Shown here in pieces: positions 32,503-44,893 of a stretch of DNA of 64,000 bases; the stretch's first letter is position 1, and each line of letters opens with the position of its first letter. This DNA comes from TPA_inf: Saccharomyces (Eukaryota): contig BK006941.2 in assembly GCA_000146045.2 (NCBI GenBank), forward strand, positions 32,001-96,000. Reading direction: 5' to 3'. A program made the position numbers and the translations under genes. Below the pieces are notes generated by a model. It did no database searches. It saw only the letters and a program-made list of their open reading frames with translations, and was not told the DNA's origin.

Positions 32503-34959
32503 TCAATTTAAGTCGGAATGATGATCAACAATAACATCTTTAATTTTATCATGAATATCTAATTCGGTTAATTGACCCAATTCATCTATGAGCTCGGCAA
32601 CTTTATCATGCAACTTAACATCCTCCTCGTGAACAATTTCATTCTCATCCATTGTGGATGGATGAGCTGGTTTACTCATATCAGCTTTTTCCAAAAAGTC
32701 CTGGTTAGTATTTTCATCGCTTTCGGCACAGAACTGGCCTCCACCAAGAATTATTGAACACATTGTCCTTGTTTCGTTCAAGATGTCACTAGAATATGAC
32801 ATCCAAACTTCATCTTGTAAGAAGGCATATATATCTGGAGCAATTAGATCGGTCTTATAAATTTTGGAATACTTCGCAATTTCTTCGGCAATTAATACTA
32901 ATTGACCCATATAACCTAAATTTGTTTTCTCTTTTTCGTAAAATTCAAACGAATCCTTGTGGCCTTGTAAAATGAAATCAGAGATAATATGGAAGTCTTT
33001 AACAGGTAACTTTTGGTTGCTGCCGTACAAAGGTTTTGGGATAAATCTTGTAGACTTTTTGAAATCAAACAAAGAATAGACCAAAAATGAGTTATAAGAA
33101 AAATCCATTCGACCATTGAATATCTGCTGAATAATATCAAATACAATGTTGTGCCAAAAGTTATTCCAAGGATATCTTAAGAATAATTGTAGAAACTTTG
33201 GAAAAAACCCAAGGTCATGAAGTTTAATTTTGAATAAATCTCCAATGGTAGGGTTTTTACGTATTTTCAAATTTTGCGTTTCACTGACGTAAGGAATTTC
33301 AAAACTCATATCATCATCATCATCAATATTGTCATCAGATGTATCAAAAGTAGAATACAATTCATTATCATGAAACTTTTTTTTAATATTTTTTTTTTGT
33401 TTTTGGTTGTCATTACTGTCATTACTATCATTATTATTACATTTATCTTCTAATGTATTGGAAGTAATAGTATTATCATTTATATTTAAATTTTTCATGG
33501 CTTTCTCTAGTGAGTTTTGATCAAGAGTGTCCCTGCATTTATCTCTGGTACGTGCTATTTTTTCGCCTCTTTTTGAATTCATCAATCCCATATTTGAACA
33601 GTGTAACATTTCCGATATCAATTCTGTAATCTTGACTCTTTCAAAGCCCAAAGGCCTGAATGATTCATGCAATTGGTTTTCTAGTAGGTGATGCTTAACA
33701 GATGGAAGAGCTTTTGAAGCAGTGTCATGATCATCGTCATCATCATTTTCAAGTTTAATTAGTAATGCATAAAAATCTTCCATATGCATAGTGAGCTCAT
33801 ATAACAAATGGCCCAAATAGACTGGATCTCTTTGAGAAGGCGGATTGTCTACTATGGTGGTACTTAACAAATCTACTTCGTCATAGTCGGAATTATTCTT
33901 CCTGATCAACTCAATTATAATAGATACGGCAACTCCCATTGCATGGCCTCTTTGAAATAAGATTATATTAATAAGTTGGTCGACATATTGCGGAGAGGCA
34001 AGCTGTCTTGTCAATCGGTTAGGTCCGATCCACAAAGTATCCAGTTTAAAATTGGTGGAAATGCTGATCAGTGCTTTTAGAAGCTCTCCGCTACTGTTTT
34101 GAATACCAGGTGAGTATTTGCTATTTTCCAAGAGATTCAAACACTTAGGTATCAGATCCTGGTGATACAAGAAGTCAATAATGTTCGTAGGTGATTCAAC
34201 TTGATCAGTCAGCATGATTTTAATGAGAAATTCAACCAAGGGTGAGACTTCAATATGATATAAGAACTTGTCCACAATGTTCGGTTGCGATTTGAAAAAT
34301 TCCAAATAGCTAGATGTCTGTTCAAACAGAAGAGTTTCGTTAATCTTAAGGAAAACAGCCAAGATAGGACAATTTTCTGCCTCAATATTTTCAAACTGGA
34401 AAACCTCGAACAGAGAGGACAAAAATGGGGTATTTTGCACGAGTGCCTCCACTATGGGCGCACTTTTCGAACAAAAAATACTGGAAATAATGTTGACATA
34501 CAGCATTGGGTCTTCATCGTCCTGATCTTCATATTCACCTGTTTGATGGAATGAATTCTCTAAAAGAAATGGGGTTCTATAACCAGTGCGGTCTATGTCC
34601 TTCAGGTAAGCCATCAACATGTCCACTAGGTAGTCCATGTGGCGGACCTGCTGGGAACGGTCGTCATAGAAATATCCCAAGCAAATGAAGTCGACGAGTC
34701 TGTCGTTGGCTGCTCCATTCAGTTCATCCAGCAAAGCTGTTTCCAACAAGATCCTATCAATAAATGACTGGTTAAGGTCACTCCTATCCCGAGACTCGGT
34801 ACCAAATTCGGACTCTGACTCCATAGAAGGCTCATTCTTCTTGTCGTCAGTTGAAGAGGTCTCATTTCCCTCCAAACTACGAAAAATTAGATAGTACTCT
34901 TCAAGTATCGAATCAATTCCGGAATGACTCAGCGTCTCTCCAAAGGGCCATAGTGACAT
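32503..34959 (-). CDS. SAP4: SIT4-associating protein SAP4 (SAPS domain), 818 aa
   Basis: 818 aa. SAPS-family composition with an internal Asn/Asp-rich low-complexity segment. Confidence 0.8.
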   Translation of the reverse strand: MSLWPFGETLSHSGIDSILEEYYLIFRSLEGNETSSTDDKKNEPSMESESEFGTESRDRSDLNQSFIDRILLETALLDELNGAANDRLVDFICLGYFYDDRSQQVRHMDYLVDMLMAYLKDIDRTGYRTPFLLENSFHQTGEYEDQDDEDPMLYVNIISSIFCSKSAPIVEALVQNTPFLSSLFEVFQFENIEAENCPILAVFLKINETLLFEQTSSYLEFFKSQPNIVDKFLYHIEVSPLVEFLIKIMLTDQVESPTNIIDFLYHQDLIPKCLNLLENSKYSPGIQNSSGELLKALISISTNFKLDTLWIGPNRLTRQLASPQYVDQLINIILFQRGHAMGVAVSIIIELIRKNNSDYDEVDLLSTTIVDNPPSQRDPVYLGHLLYELTMHMEDFYALLIKLENDDDDDHDTASKALPSVKHHLLENQLHESFRPLGFERVKITELISEMLHCSNMGLMNSKRGEKIARTRDKCRDTLDQNSLEKAMKNLNINDNTITSNTLEDKCNNNDSNDSNDNQKQKKNIKKKFHDNELYSTFDTSDDNIDDDDDMSFEIPYVSETQNLKIRKNPTIGDLFKIKLHDLGFFPKFLQLFLRYPWNNFWHNIVFDIIQQIFNGRMDFSYNSFLVYSLFDFKKSTRFIPKPLYGSNQKLPVKDFHIISDFILQGHKDSFEFYEKEKTNLGYMGQLVLIAEEIAKYSKIYKTDLIAPDIYAFLQDEVWMSYSSDILNETRTMCSIILGGGQFCAESDENTNQDFLEKADMSKPAHPSTMDENEIVHEEDVKLHDKVAELIDELGQLTELDIHDKIKDVIVDHHSDLN

Positions 34960-35145
34960 ATTTTTATTTTATTTTAGCTTTATCGAAAAGCAAGAGAGCA
35001 GTAAACTGGACGGTATAGAAGAAAAGAGAACTTAATAACAAAAGACCAGATTGTCTATAACTTTATCTCACACCAAATACCAGGTTGTCCTTTTCCCGCT
35101 GGGTGAAGCAACCGTTTCACTTATTCGCACAATCCAATTAGTAGA

Positions 35146-35185
35146 ACACAACACAACACAACACAACACAACACAGCACAACACG
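35146..35185 (+). repeat. (ACAAC)n pentanucleotide microsatellite, about 7 units, in the SAP4/SHE10 divergent intergenic region
   Basis: Direct reading: 'acacaacacaacacaacacaacacaacacagcacaacacgc'. Confidence 0.9.
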
Positions 35186-35576
35186 CTTACCAAATTATAT
35201 TTACTACGGCAACCAAAAACCGACAGAATAAAAAACAGCCATCATACGTGGATGAACTCTTGGTTTATTGTCTGTTATTATCCTCGAGAGTTCTTATTTA
35301 GGGGATTTAGGGCTGGCATCAATACCCTAACTAAACCCTGAACTGCCCAAGGAACAATTTTCAAAAGTAAGAAATGTCCTATACGTTTCTATGTATAACC
35401 CTAAGATAGTCAGGTTTCGGAAATAAGGCGGATTTCTACGTACATGATGATAATCATGTATCAAAGAAAGGATCAACTTGAAGAACAGCCTTAAAGTAAG
35501 CGTAATGGGCATTCTGTTTCAACCACCATTTCTGAAGTACTTTATATCTTGGATGCACAAAAGCTGTTACATCTAA

Positions 35577-37331
<1,755 letters not shown>

Positions 37332-37349
37332 TGAAATTCATGCGCTTGC

Positions 37350-37352
<3 letters not shown>

Positions 37353-37386
<34 letters not shown>
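37353..37386 (+). repeat. (AC)17 dinucleotide microsatellite, 20 nt downstream of the SHE10 stop
   Basis: Direct reading: 'acacacacacacacacacacacacacacacacac', followed by (TA/TCTA)-rich sequence. Confidence 0.95.
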
Positions 37387-37389
<3 letters not shown>

Positions 37390-37670
37390 ATCTATCTATA
37401 TATATATGTATGTTCTTTATTGTTTGTCTTTACCTTTATATATAAACATATATAGCCATATAAGAATATAATATTACCACTCCACTGTATTTTGTATCCT
37501 GCCTATTTTTGCTAGATTACAGGACGCGCGAGCCTTTCAGGGGAGGGAACTGATGAATCGATCAACCAAAAGAAAGAGCCAAAGGATTGGACCAGAACTG
37601 TTACTGTTATAGCAGAAATATTAGTAGTACGTTAAAGCCAAGCGTCGAATTTCAGCATAATTAAGAGGAA

Positions 37671-40547
37671 ATGTCTGAATATATGGATGACGTAGACCGC
37701 GAATTCATTAACTGTTTGTTCCCGAGCTACTTGCTGCAACAGCCTGTGGCTTATGATTTATGGATTTTATATTTGCAACATAGAAAACTCTTTCACAAAC
37801 TGAAGAACACTAACTTAATCAACGCTGATGAAAATCCCACTGGCGTTGGAATGGGCAGGACAAAGTTAACTGCTTTAACAAGGAAAGAAATCTGGTCTAA
37901 ATTGATGAATTTGGGTGTTCTAGGCACAATTTCGTTTGAAGCTGTCAACGACGATTACCTGATTCAAGTCTATAAATATTTCTATCCAGACGTTAATGAT
38001 TTTACTTTGAGATTTGGTGTTAAAGATTCAAATAAAAATTCAGTGCGAGTTATGAAAGCTTCCTCAGACATGAGGAAAAATGCTCAGGAACTATTAGAAC
38101 CCGTTTTATCCGAACGTGAAATGGCGCTTAACTCTAATACCAGCCTGGAAAATGACAGAAATGACGATGATGATGACGATGATGATGATGACGATGATGA
38201 CGATGACGATGACGACGACGACGATGAATCCGATCTGGAAAGCTTAGAAGGGGAAGTGGATACTGACACGGACGATAACAACGAAGGAGATGGCTCTGAC
38301 AATCACGAGGAAGGTGGAGAAGAAGGAAGTAGAGGAGCTGATGCTGATGTGTCCAGTGCACAGCAGCGTGCCGAAAGGGTTGCGGACCCATGGATATATC
38401 AAAGATCTAGATCAGCTATTAATATAGAAACAGAATCAAGGAATTTGTGGGATACATCTGACAAGAACAGTGGTCTACAATACTACCCCCCTGATCAGTC
38501 TCCAAGTTCTTCCTTTTCTTCTCCTAGAGTATCGTCTGGTAACGACAAAAATGACAATGAGGCAACAAATGTTTTGTCCAACAGTGGTAGCAAAAAGAAA
38601 AACTCAATGATCCCTGATATTTACAAAATACTTGGGTACTTTTTACCTTCTAGATGGCAAGCTCAACCAAATAACAGCTTGCAGCTATCTCAAGATGGTA
38701 TTACTCATTTACAACCTAATCCTGATTATCACTCATACATGACTTATGAAAGATCAAGCGCTTCTTCTGCCTCTACCAGAAATAGACTGAGAACCTCTTT
38801 TGAGAACTCTGGGAAAGTGGACTTTGCAGTCACTTGGGCAAATAAGTCATTGCCAGACAATAAGTTAACTATATTCTATTACGAGATTAAAGTTCTCAGT
38901 GTAACGAGTACAGAGAGTGCTGAAAATAGTAACATTGTTATCGGATACAAGTTAGTAGAGAATGAATTAATGGAAGCGACTACAAAAAAGAGTGTTTCTC
39001 GTTCAAGCGTGGCCGGTTCTAGTAGTAGCTTAGGTGGTAGTAATAACATGAGTTCCAATAGAGTACCTTCTACTTCTTTCACTATGGAAGGTACTCAAAG
39101 GCGTGATTATATTTATGAAGGGGGCGTTTCAGCCATGTCTCTTAACGTGGATGGTTCCATAAATAAGTGTCAGAAATACGGATTTGATCTTAATGTATTT
39201 GGCTATTGCGGATTTGACGGTTTGATAACTAATTCTACAGAACAATCTAAGGAATATGCTAAGCCTTTTGGTAGGGATGACGTTATTGGTTGTGGCATAA
39301 ATTTTATCGATGGCTCAATTTTTTTCACGAAGAATGGTATCCATTTAGGTAACGCATTCACCGACTTGAATGATCTAGAATTCGTCCCATATGTGGCCTT
39401 ACGACCTGGGAATTCTATCAAAACAAATTTTGGGTTAAATGAGGATTTTGTATTTGACATTATTGGATATCAAGATAAATGGAAGAGTTTGGCGTATGAG
39501 CATATTTGTCGTGGACGCCAAATGGACGTTTCAATTGAAGAATTCGACTCTGATGAAAGTGAGGAAGATGAAACTGAAAATGGGCCTGAAGAAAATAAAT
39601 CAACAAACGTTAATGAAGATTTGATGGATATTGATCAAGAGGATGGTGCCGCTGGTAATAAGGATACAAAGAAGCTTAACGATGAGAAGGACAACAATCT
39701 GAAGTTTCTTTTGGGAGAAGATAATAGGTTTATAGATGGAAAGCTAGTTAGACCAGACGTGAACAATATTAACAACTTAAGCGTGGATGACGGTTCATTG
39801 CCTAATACATTAAACGTGATGATAAATGATTATTTGATCCACGAAGGATTGGTGGATGTTGCAAAGGGGTTTTTGAAAGATTTGCAAAAAGATGCGGTTA
39901 ATGTCAATGGGCAACATTCTGAAAGTAAAGATGTTATCAGGCACAATGAAAGACAGATCATGAAAGAAGAACGTATGGTAAAGATAAGGCAAGAATTAAG
40001 ATACTTGATAAACAAAGGTCAAATTAGCAAATGCATCAATTATATCGATAACGAAATTCCAGATCTGTTAAAAAATAATCTAGAATTGGTATTTGAGTTA
40101 AAACTAGCGAATTATCTGGTGATGATTAAAAAGAGTTCATCCAAAGATGATGACGAAATTGAAAATTTAATTTTGAAGGGTCAAGAATTATCTAATGAAT
40201 TTATCTACGATACTAAAATTCCACAATCTTTGAGGGATAGGTTTAGTGGACAATTGAGTAATGTCTCTGCATTGTTAGCATATTCCAATCCACTTGTGGA
40301 GGCACCAAAGGAGATATCAGGATATTTGAGTGACGAATACTTACAAGAGAGATTATTTCAAGTTAGTAACAACACAATACTAACATTTTTACATAAGGAT
40401 AGCGAATGCGCATTAGAGAATGTAATATCAAACACTAGAGCTATGCTTTCTACATTACTTGAGTATAACGCGTTCGGTTCAACCAACTCTTCAGATCCAA
40501 GATATTACAAAGCTATTAACTTCGACGAAGATGTGTTGAATTTATGA
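37671..40547 (+). CDS. VID30: GID-complex subunit VID30/GID1 (SPRY, LisH/CTLH), 958 aa, with a run of about 21 consecutive Asp
   Basis: ATG at 37671, 958 aa. The poly-Asp is encoded by the (GAT/GAC) run at 38163-38225. Confidence 0.85.
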
Positions 40548-40748
40548 GCATAAAACAAGCACCTTCAAACAACAAAGCCATGTGATATCAGTCATTATCT
40601 TCCCAAAAATCGCATATTAATATGTCTTAAACCGTTTATATAATGAAATTTACTTGACACCTTTCTTTTTAATATTCTCATCCAAAATACTTCTTAAGTA
40701 TAGTATATAATTTCATCGATAATTCCTTTATAGGCCAACGAAGAGCCA

Positions 40749-40988
40749 CTAGACGTAGACACCGAAAGAATTCGAAGCAAAAACAGTGGTCAAGCCAGCA
40801 AACAAGCTGCCAATTACACTTAAAATTGTGTAGAAGAAGAGTTTCTTAATGTATGAAGATTTAGAACCGACGGCGAACAGGGCAGATGATAATACAGCTA
40901 ATGTAACGATTAAACCACAAATTGCAAATTTTGGTTGAGTGTCTAAGTGGATAAATGGCTGGAAGCTCTTTGAGGAATGGAACTCTTT
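40749..40988 (-). CDS. OST5: OST5 exon 2 (79 codons + stop). Oligosaccharyltransferase zeta subunit. Spliced product is 86 aa.
   Basis: The minus-strand translation '…KEFHSSKSFQPFIHLDTQPKFAICGLIV…AGLTTVFASNSFGVYV*' matches my recollection of OST5. Confidence 0.8.
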   Translation of the reverse strand, partial: KEFHSSKSFQPFIHLDTQPKFAICGLIVTLAVLSSALFAVGSKSSYIKKLFFYTILSVIGSLFAGLTTVFASNSFGVYV

Positions 40989-41127
40989 CTTAAGTGATTA
41001 CACAAATGCCGAGAAGGCGAATTGGCTATACTTGTTAGTAATTATGAATTAGAAAACAGGAAGGGAACTATTCATTGTCCTGTGTGTTGTTAAAAACATC
41101 AAAAGAATAGCATCAACCAGCGTTACA
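40989..41127 (-). other. OST5: OST5 intron (139 nt), minus strand: 5'SS GTACGT (plus-strand 41122-41127), branch point TACTAAC (41034-41040), 3'SS TTAAG| (41000-40989)
   Basis: Canonical signals read on the reverse complement. Splicing joins 'MTYEQLY' in frame to 'KEFHSS…'. Confidence 0.78.
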
Positions 41128-41148
41128 GGCAACGTACGTATAATTGTT
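41128..41148 (-). CDS. OST5: OST5 exon 1, a 7-codon micro-exon (MTYEQLY)
   Basis: The reverse complement of 41128-41148 is ATGACTTATGAACAATTATAC, immediately followed by GTACGT. Confidence 0.78.
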
Positions 41149-41339
41149 CATAAGTCATTGTAAACCTTGAATATGCAGGGATATCTCTCACTGCTTATGT
41201 TTTGCCTATTTACAGTATACGTTTTATGTGTACTTGCATCCTTCTTCGAAAAGTATTTGCAATTTCAAATTTCGCGTCAAAGAAAAGAGAAGACCACCCA
41301 AAAGATATCATTTCAACATAGGTAGAAATAAGGCAGAAG

Positions 41340-41711
41340 ATGATGGGACGAAACGGTATTCGGCTAGCACTGAAAAGATCTTTCAGCACTTATCAGCCAC
41401 CGGTAGTAGAGATTACGAATATAACGAAGTTATGGCCCACTCTACGACCTGAAGTTAGGGATGAAATCAAGGAATACTTACGATGGAGGATGCAAGAAGA
41501 TTGGAGACATATACCGCTGGAGGAGACCAAAGCAGCGTATTTCTTATCTTATGGACCCTGTGGTGGCAGATCCAAGGGCAACGAATGGAACGTAGGGTAC
41601 ACGGGAATGCGGATAGTGTTCAACCTTGTTTTATTTGGCGGTGCAGCGACTGCATTTTATAATTGGAAACAAGATAAAAAGCTAGAGGAACAATTAAGGG
41701 ATCTTGTATAA
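41340..41711 (+). CDS. MTC3: Small mitochondrial protein MTC3 (YGL226W), 123 aa
   Basis: 123 aa. The N-terminus 'MMGRNGIRLALKRSFSTY' looks like a mitochondrial presequence. Position between OST5 and tRNA-Val. Confidence 0.65.
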   Translation: MMGRNGIRLALKRSFSTYQPPVVEITNITKLWPTLRPEVRDEIKEYLRWRMQEDWRHIPLEETKAAYFLSYGPCGGRSKGNEWNVGYTGMRIVFNLVLFGGAATAFYNWKQDKKLEEQLRDLV

Positions 41712-41818
41712 ATTGGAAGCAACAATAGTATATATATATATGCGCTTGCGCAGAGTACGTTCTATTCATTTTTTATCATTCATTATCTATCCCTGTAAAT
41801 AAACTAATATAAAAATTC

Positions 41819-41825
41819 AAAAAAA
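41819..41825 (-). terminator. RNA polymerase III terminator (T7 on the minus strand) about 4 nt downstream of the tRNA-Val 3' end
   Basis: Plus-strand A7 run directly beyond the tRNA 3' end (low-coordinate side). Confidence 0.7.
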
Positions 41826-41828
41826 TAA

Positions 41829-41902
41829 TGATTTCGCCCAGGATCGAACTGGGGACGTTCTGCGTGTTAAGCAGATGCCATAACCGACTAGACCACGAAA
41901 CC
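41829..41902 (-). tRNA. tV(AAC): tRNA-Val, anticodon AAC
   Basis: Reverse complement reads GGTTTCGTGGTCTAGTCGGTTATGGCATCTGCTTAACACGCAGAACGTCCCCAGTTCGATCCTGGGCGAAATCA. A-box TGGTCTAGTCGG, anticodon loop CTTAACAC, B-box GGTTCGATCC, 7-bp acceptor stem. No intron. Confidence 0.92.
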
Positions 41903-42489
41903 ACTTAATTGAAATATACAACCCCAAGATAAGATACTTGCTTCATAGTTTAGTTGTAAAATTGAAGTTCAGTACAACATGGCACTAGTATAAAAAAAAG
42001 TTTACCAGCCATTACTGCGCACTTACCTACATTAGTCACTCTTAGCGTATATTCTAAATACGCTTAGAGACGTCTCCTTACTATTTTTCATACGTATAAC
42101 TCTCAAAGGACAGTATAGACATATCCCTGGGGGCTTTTAGAGTGCAGCCTCTGGAGGTCTACACACGTTAATAGTCTCAAAAAATACGCTAATATTTGTT
42201 AAATAAGCGAATAGGTCTTCATGTGCGCCTGAATCAGTAGCTGTCTACATGGTAAAGAGTAATTTGTTGACACGAAAATTGATAGTTGGTTAAAAAATAT
42301 TGCAGATTCAATACTACATGAAAGACTTAATTACAAGATAGACTGATGGTGAAAAAAGAATGTACAGGTTTACCGGCAAACATTTTGAGAAATTAAAGCC
42401 CAAAAAATTTTGTGTACCTTATGATTTTCCTCCTCTGTCTAATCCAGTTCCGTATCTGGGTACTGCTGCTTCTTTGTTAAAATCGCAGC

Positions 42490-42830
42490 ATGCTTCCCAT
42501 TGTTGGGAATTGACTTTGAGCAATATTTAGTTAGTAACTACCATATAGGTGACTGTCGTGTGCCAGCTATAACAGAAATAATCCTTTCACCATGATCATT
42601 GTAAACGATCAAAGAAAACTCTGAAGGGACTATAATGCAGTCTTCATGCAGACACTTGAAATATACGACATTAGTAGCTCCCAAGGTAGTAGGCACATCC
42701 TGCGTAAATTCTCCACAACCATGTTGTATATATAGCAGCCATAGTATGACCGAGCACATGGGACGTACGAATAAAAGATTTTCTCAGATCCCTGAACTTG
42801 AGCGTCAACCATGAATTTCTCTACTTTTTT
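42490..42830 (+). mobile_element. Possible degenerate solo-LTR fragment(s) of Ty origin in the tRNA-upstream zone (tentative). One 'TGTTGGGAAT…' start and one 'TGTTGTATAT…CAGTATGAC…CCCTGAAC…' segment that loosely resembles delta/sigma LTR beginnings.
   Basis: Only partial motif resemblance (TGTTGG…/TGTTGTAT… starts, 'GTATGAC', 'CCCTGAAC'). No intact LTR, target-site duplication or internal Ty sequence. Context supports it: an ORF-free block abutting a tRNA gene. Confidence 0.25.
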
Positions 42831-44893
42831 TTCGAGCAGTAATTACCATTTTAGGTTTGATTACAATCACAGCTTCAGCAGAATTTGATTTCGACGTAGG
42901 CTATGAAGAGTTTGTCCGTATCAACCCTGATAAGACCTTCTTAGAAAGTGAGATTGGCCTTTACGTTGGTTGGACCGAGGGTAGTCAACGGCAGATAACA
43001 ACGATACCACATAATTCCACGTTGGCGGCATCACTACAAGAGTAGAATGGTTGTGGTGGTAATGGCACAGAAACCTCCATCGCTACGTCCACACTTACGA
43101 TGAGTGGTATACCTATCGCTACGATAATGAAGCACAGAAAAAGTGTACTTATCATATTACCGCAACTATGTACGTGAGGTGTAAATTATGGCTCTCATAG
43201 GACATAAGTAGGACAGAAATTGAAATTTTTGTGTTGGCAGAGCGAAAGAAACTTGAATTCGTTTATGAGGAATAAATTCTCAGCTCCATCCATGGTTCCA
43301 GTTGACGCTATGATACGCAAATTCCTTTGTGATACAGGTATCATTTCTGCAATTCCTCGTAGATTGTTGATCATACCATAAGATTGATGCTGGGGAAAGT
43401 GGAGAAGCTAACTTAACGATTGAGGCCTTGGCAAACCCTGTTAAACCAGTACTATCGGCCTTAACATGCGACTTAGAGAGAGAGAGAGAGAGAGATGTTT
43501 GCGTTTGCGTCATGATAGAGATGCTACATCCACATAGTTGTTGTAGACATGTTTAAAGGTACAATTCTGCAACAACGCCTTGAAATTTTCCAAAACTAAC
43601 CAAGCACATTGGAGTTACGCTTATATAGTAAGCCACTTCACTTGCGTTGCTGTAAAGGTTGATAACTACAGGTAGGAATTAATGAATGTTAAATAAAAAA
43701 GGGAAATACCATCATCTCGACAAGAAAGGCAAAATAACTTTTCAATCTCACCAAGACGCGCGAACGAAACTCGTGCGTCTATATTAGTATCTTGACGGCG
43801 CTTTTACATCATTAAAGGTGTAATAAAACTGAAGTCATGCGATGGCACTGAAATAATCAAAGTAACTATTTGTGATGGCATGCACTGTGATATGATCTCA
43901 AGGAAAAAAATGCAATGTCGGGCGCCAATACTTATGATCATGCTTAGTCTCGACATTGACCTTGCTTGCTACAGTAATCTGGTGTCCGAGTAGTGACATC
44001 TAGGTACCGGTGAGAACTATATCTTCATTACTACACTTGTCGCCCCTGAATATTATCGCTACACACGCGAAAGAGCTCTTGTTAAAGTTACTCTCGCATC
44101 ATTGCGGTACATGTTTTGCATATTCATCTGAAGTAGGAAAGGGTATAAGCAGTATATGATGTACCATCTGCATAAGCGGTGTTTAATGCGTACCTATCGT
44201 TTAAGAACAAAAGGAACACACCCACACCCGCTCCAATACCATATTGAGAGAATAATGAGGTAACATATGCTTCTATTTGGTTCGATAAGACGGCTACTAG
44301 TCCAAAAAAAGTCAAACAACAATTTCAACAGCTACATTCTGAAGATAGAACGCATTTTTGCCTGAATATTGCAACTCAATAGACATTCTAAAGTGCTACG
44401 AGAAAAAAGCTTGTAATGGACCATGGCAATGTGCGCCATATATATATGCGGCTCCCTTATGAGTAGAAGAAAATATATGACTGGTGGTACAAAGTGGCAT
44501 GGTGGTATATAGATGTAGGAACACCATTTGAGTTTGCCATAATGATTAAATTTCCCTTTTTATAAAGAATTAGCCGCCCATAACACGAAAAATATCACAG
44601 TTGACGAAAGAAGACACGTCGCCTAAACGCGTAATGAATCGCAATATACGAAAAGCTAAACGGGTTTTTCAGAATCCTCTTACCCAGCCTTGGATAATAG
44701 TTTTGGCCGAAAAAAAAAAAAAGAAAGAAAAAAATTGAAATTTCGCGATCCGAACAAACAATGAACAGAAAAACAGAATATATATAACGCTGCCAAGCCT
44801 ATTTCTTGTTGCCGATTAATTGTTGACATCCTCTTAATTACCAAAAGAGCCTAAGAAAACAAACACACTAACCACACAGTATCTTTCGCCCGA

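Noticed and set aside
38084-38391. Minus-strand poly-Ser (72 aa) and poly-His/Arg (85 aa) ORFs
   Set aside because: They are mirror-image artefacts of the (GAT/GAC)n poly-Asp repeat in VID30.
42722-42830. Calling this stretch a Ty3 sigma element outright
   Set aside because: Only short motif matches (TGTTGTAT…, GTATGAC, CCCTGAAC). It sits about 820 bp from the tRNA rather than the canonical about 17 bp and lacks recognisable sigma internal sequence. I kept it only as a tentative degenerate LTR-like fragment.
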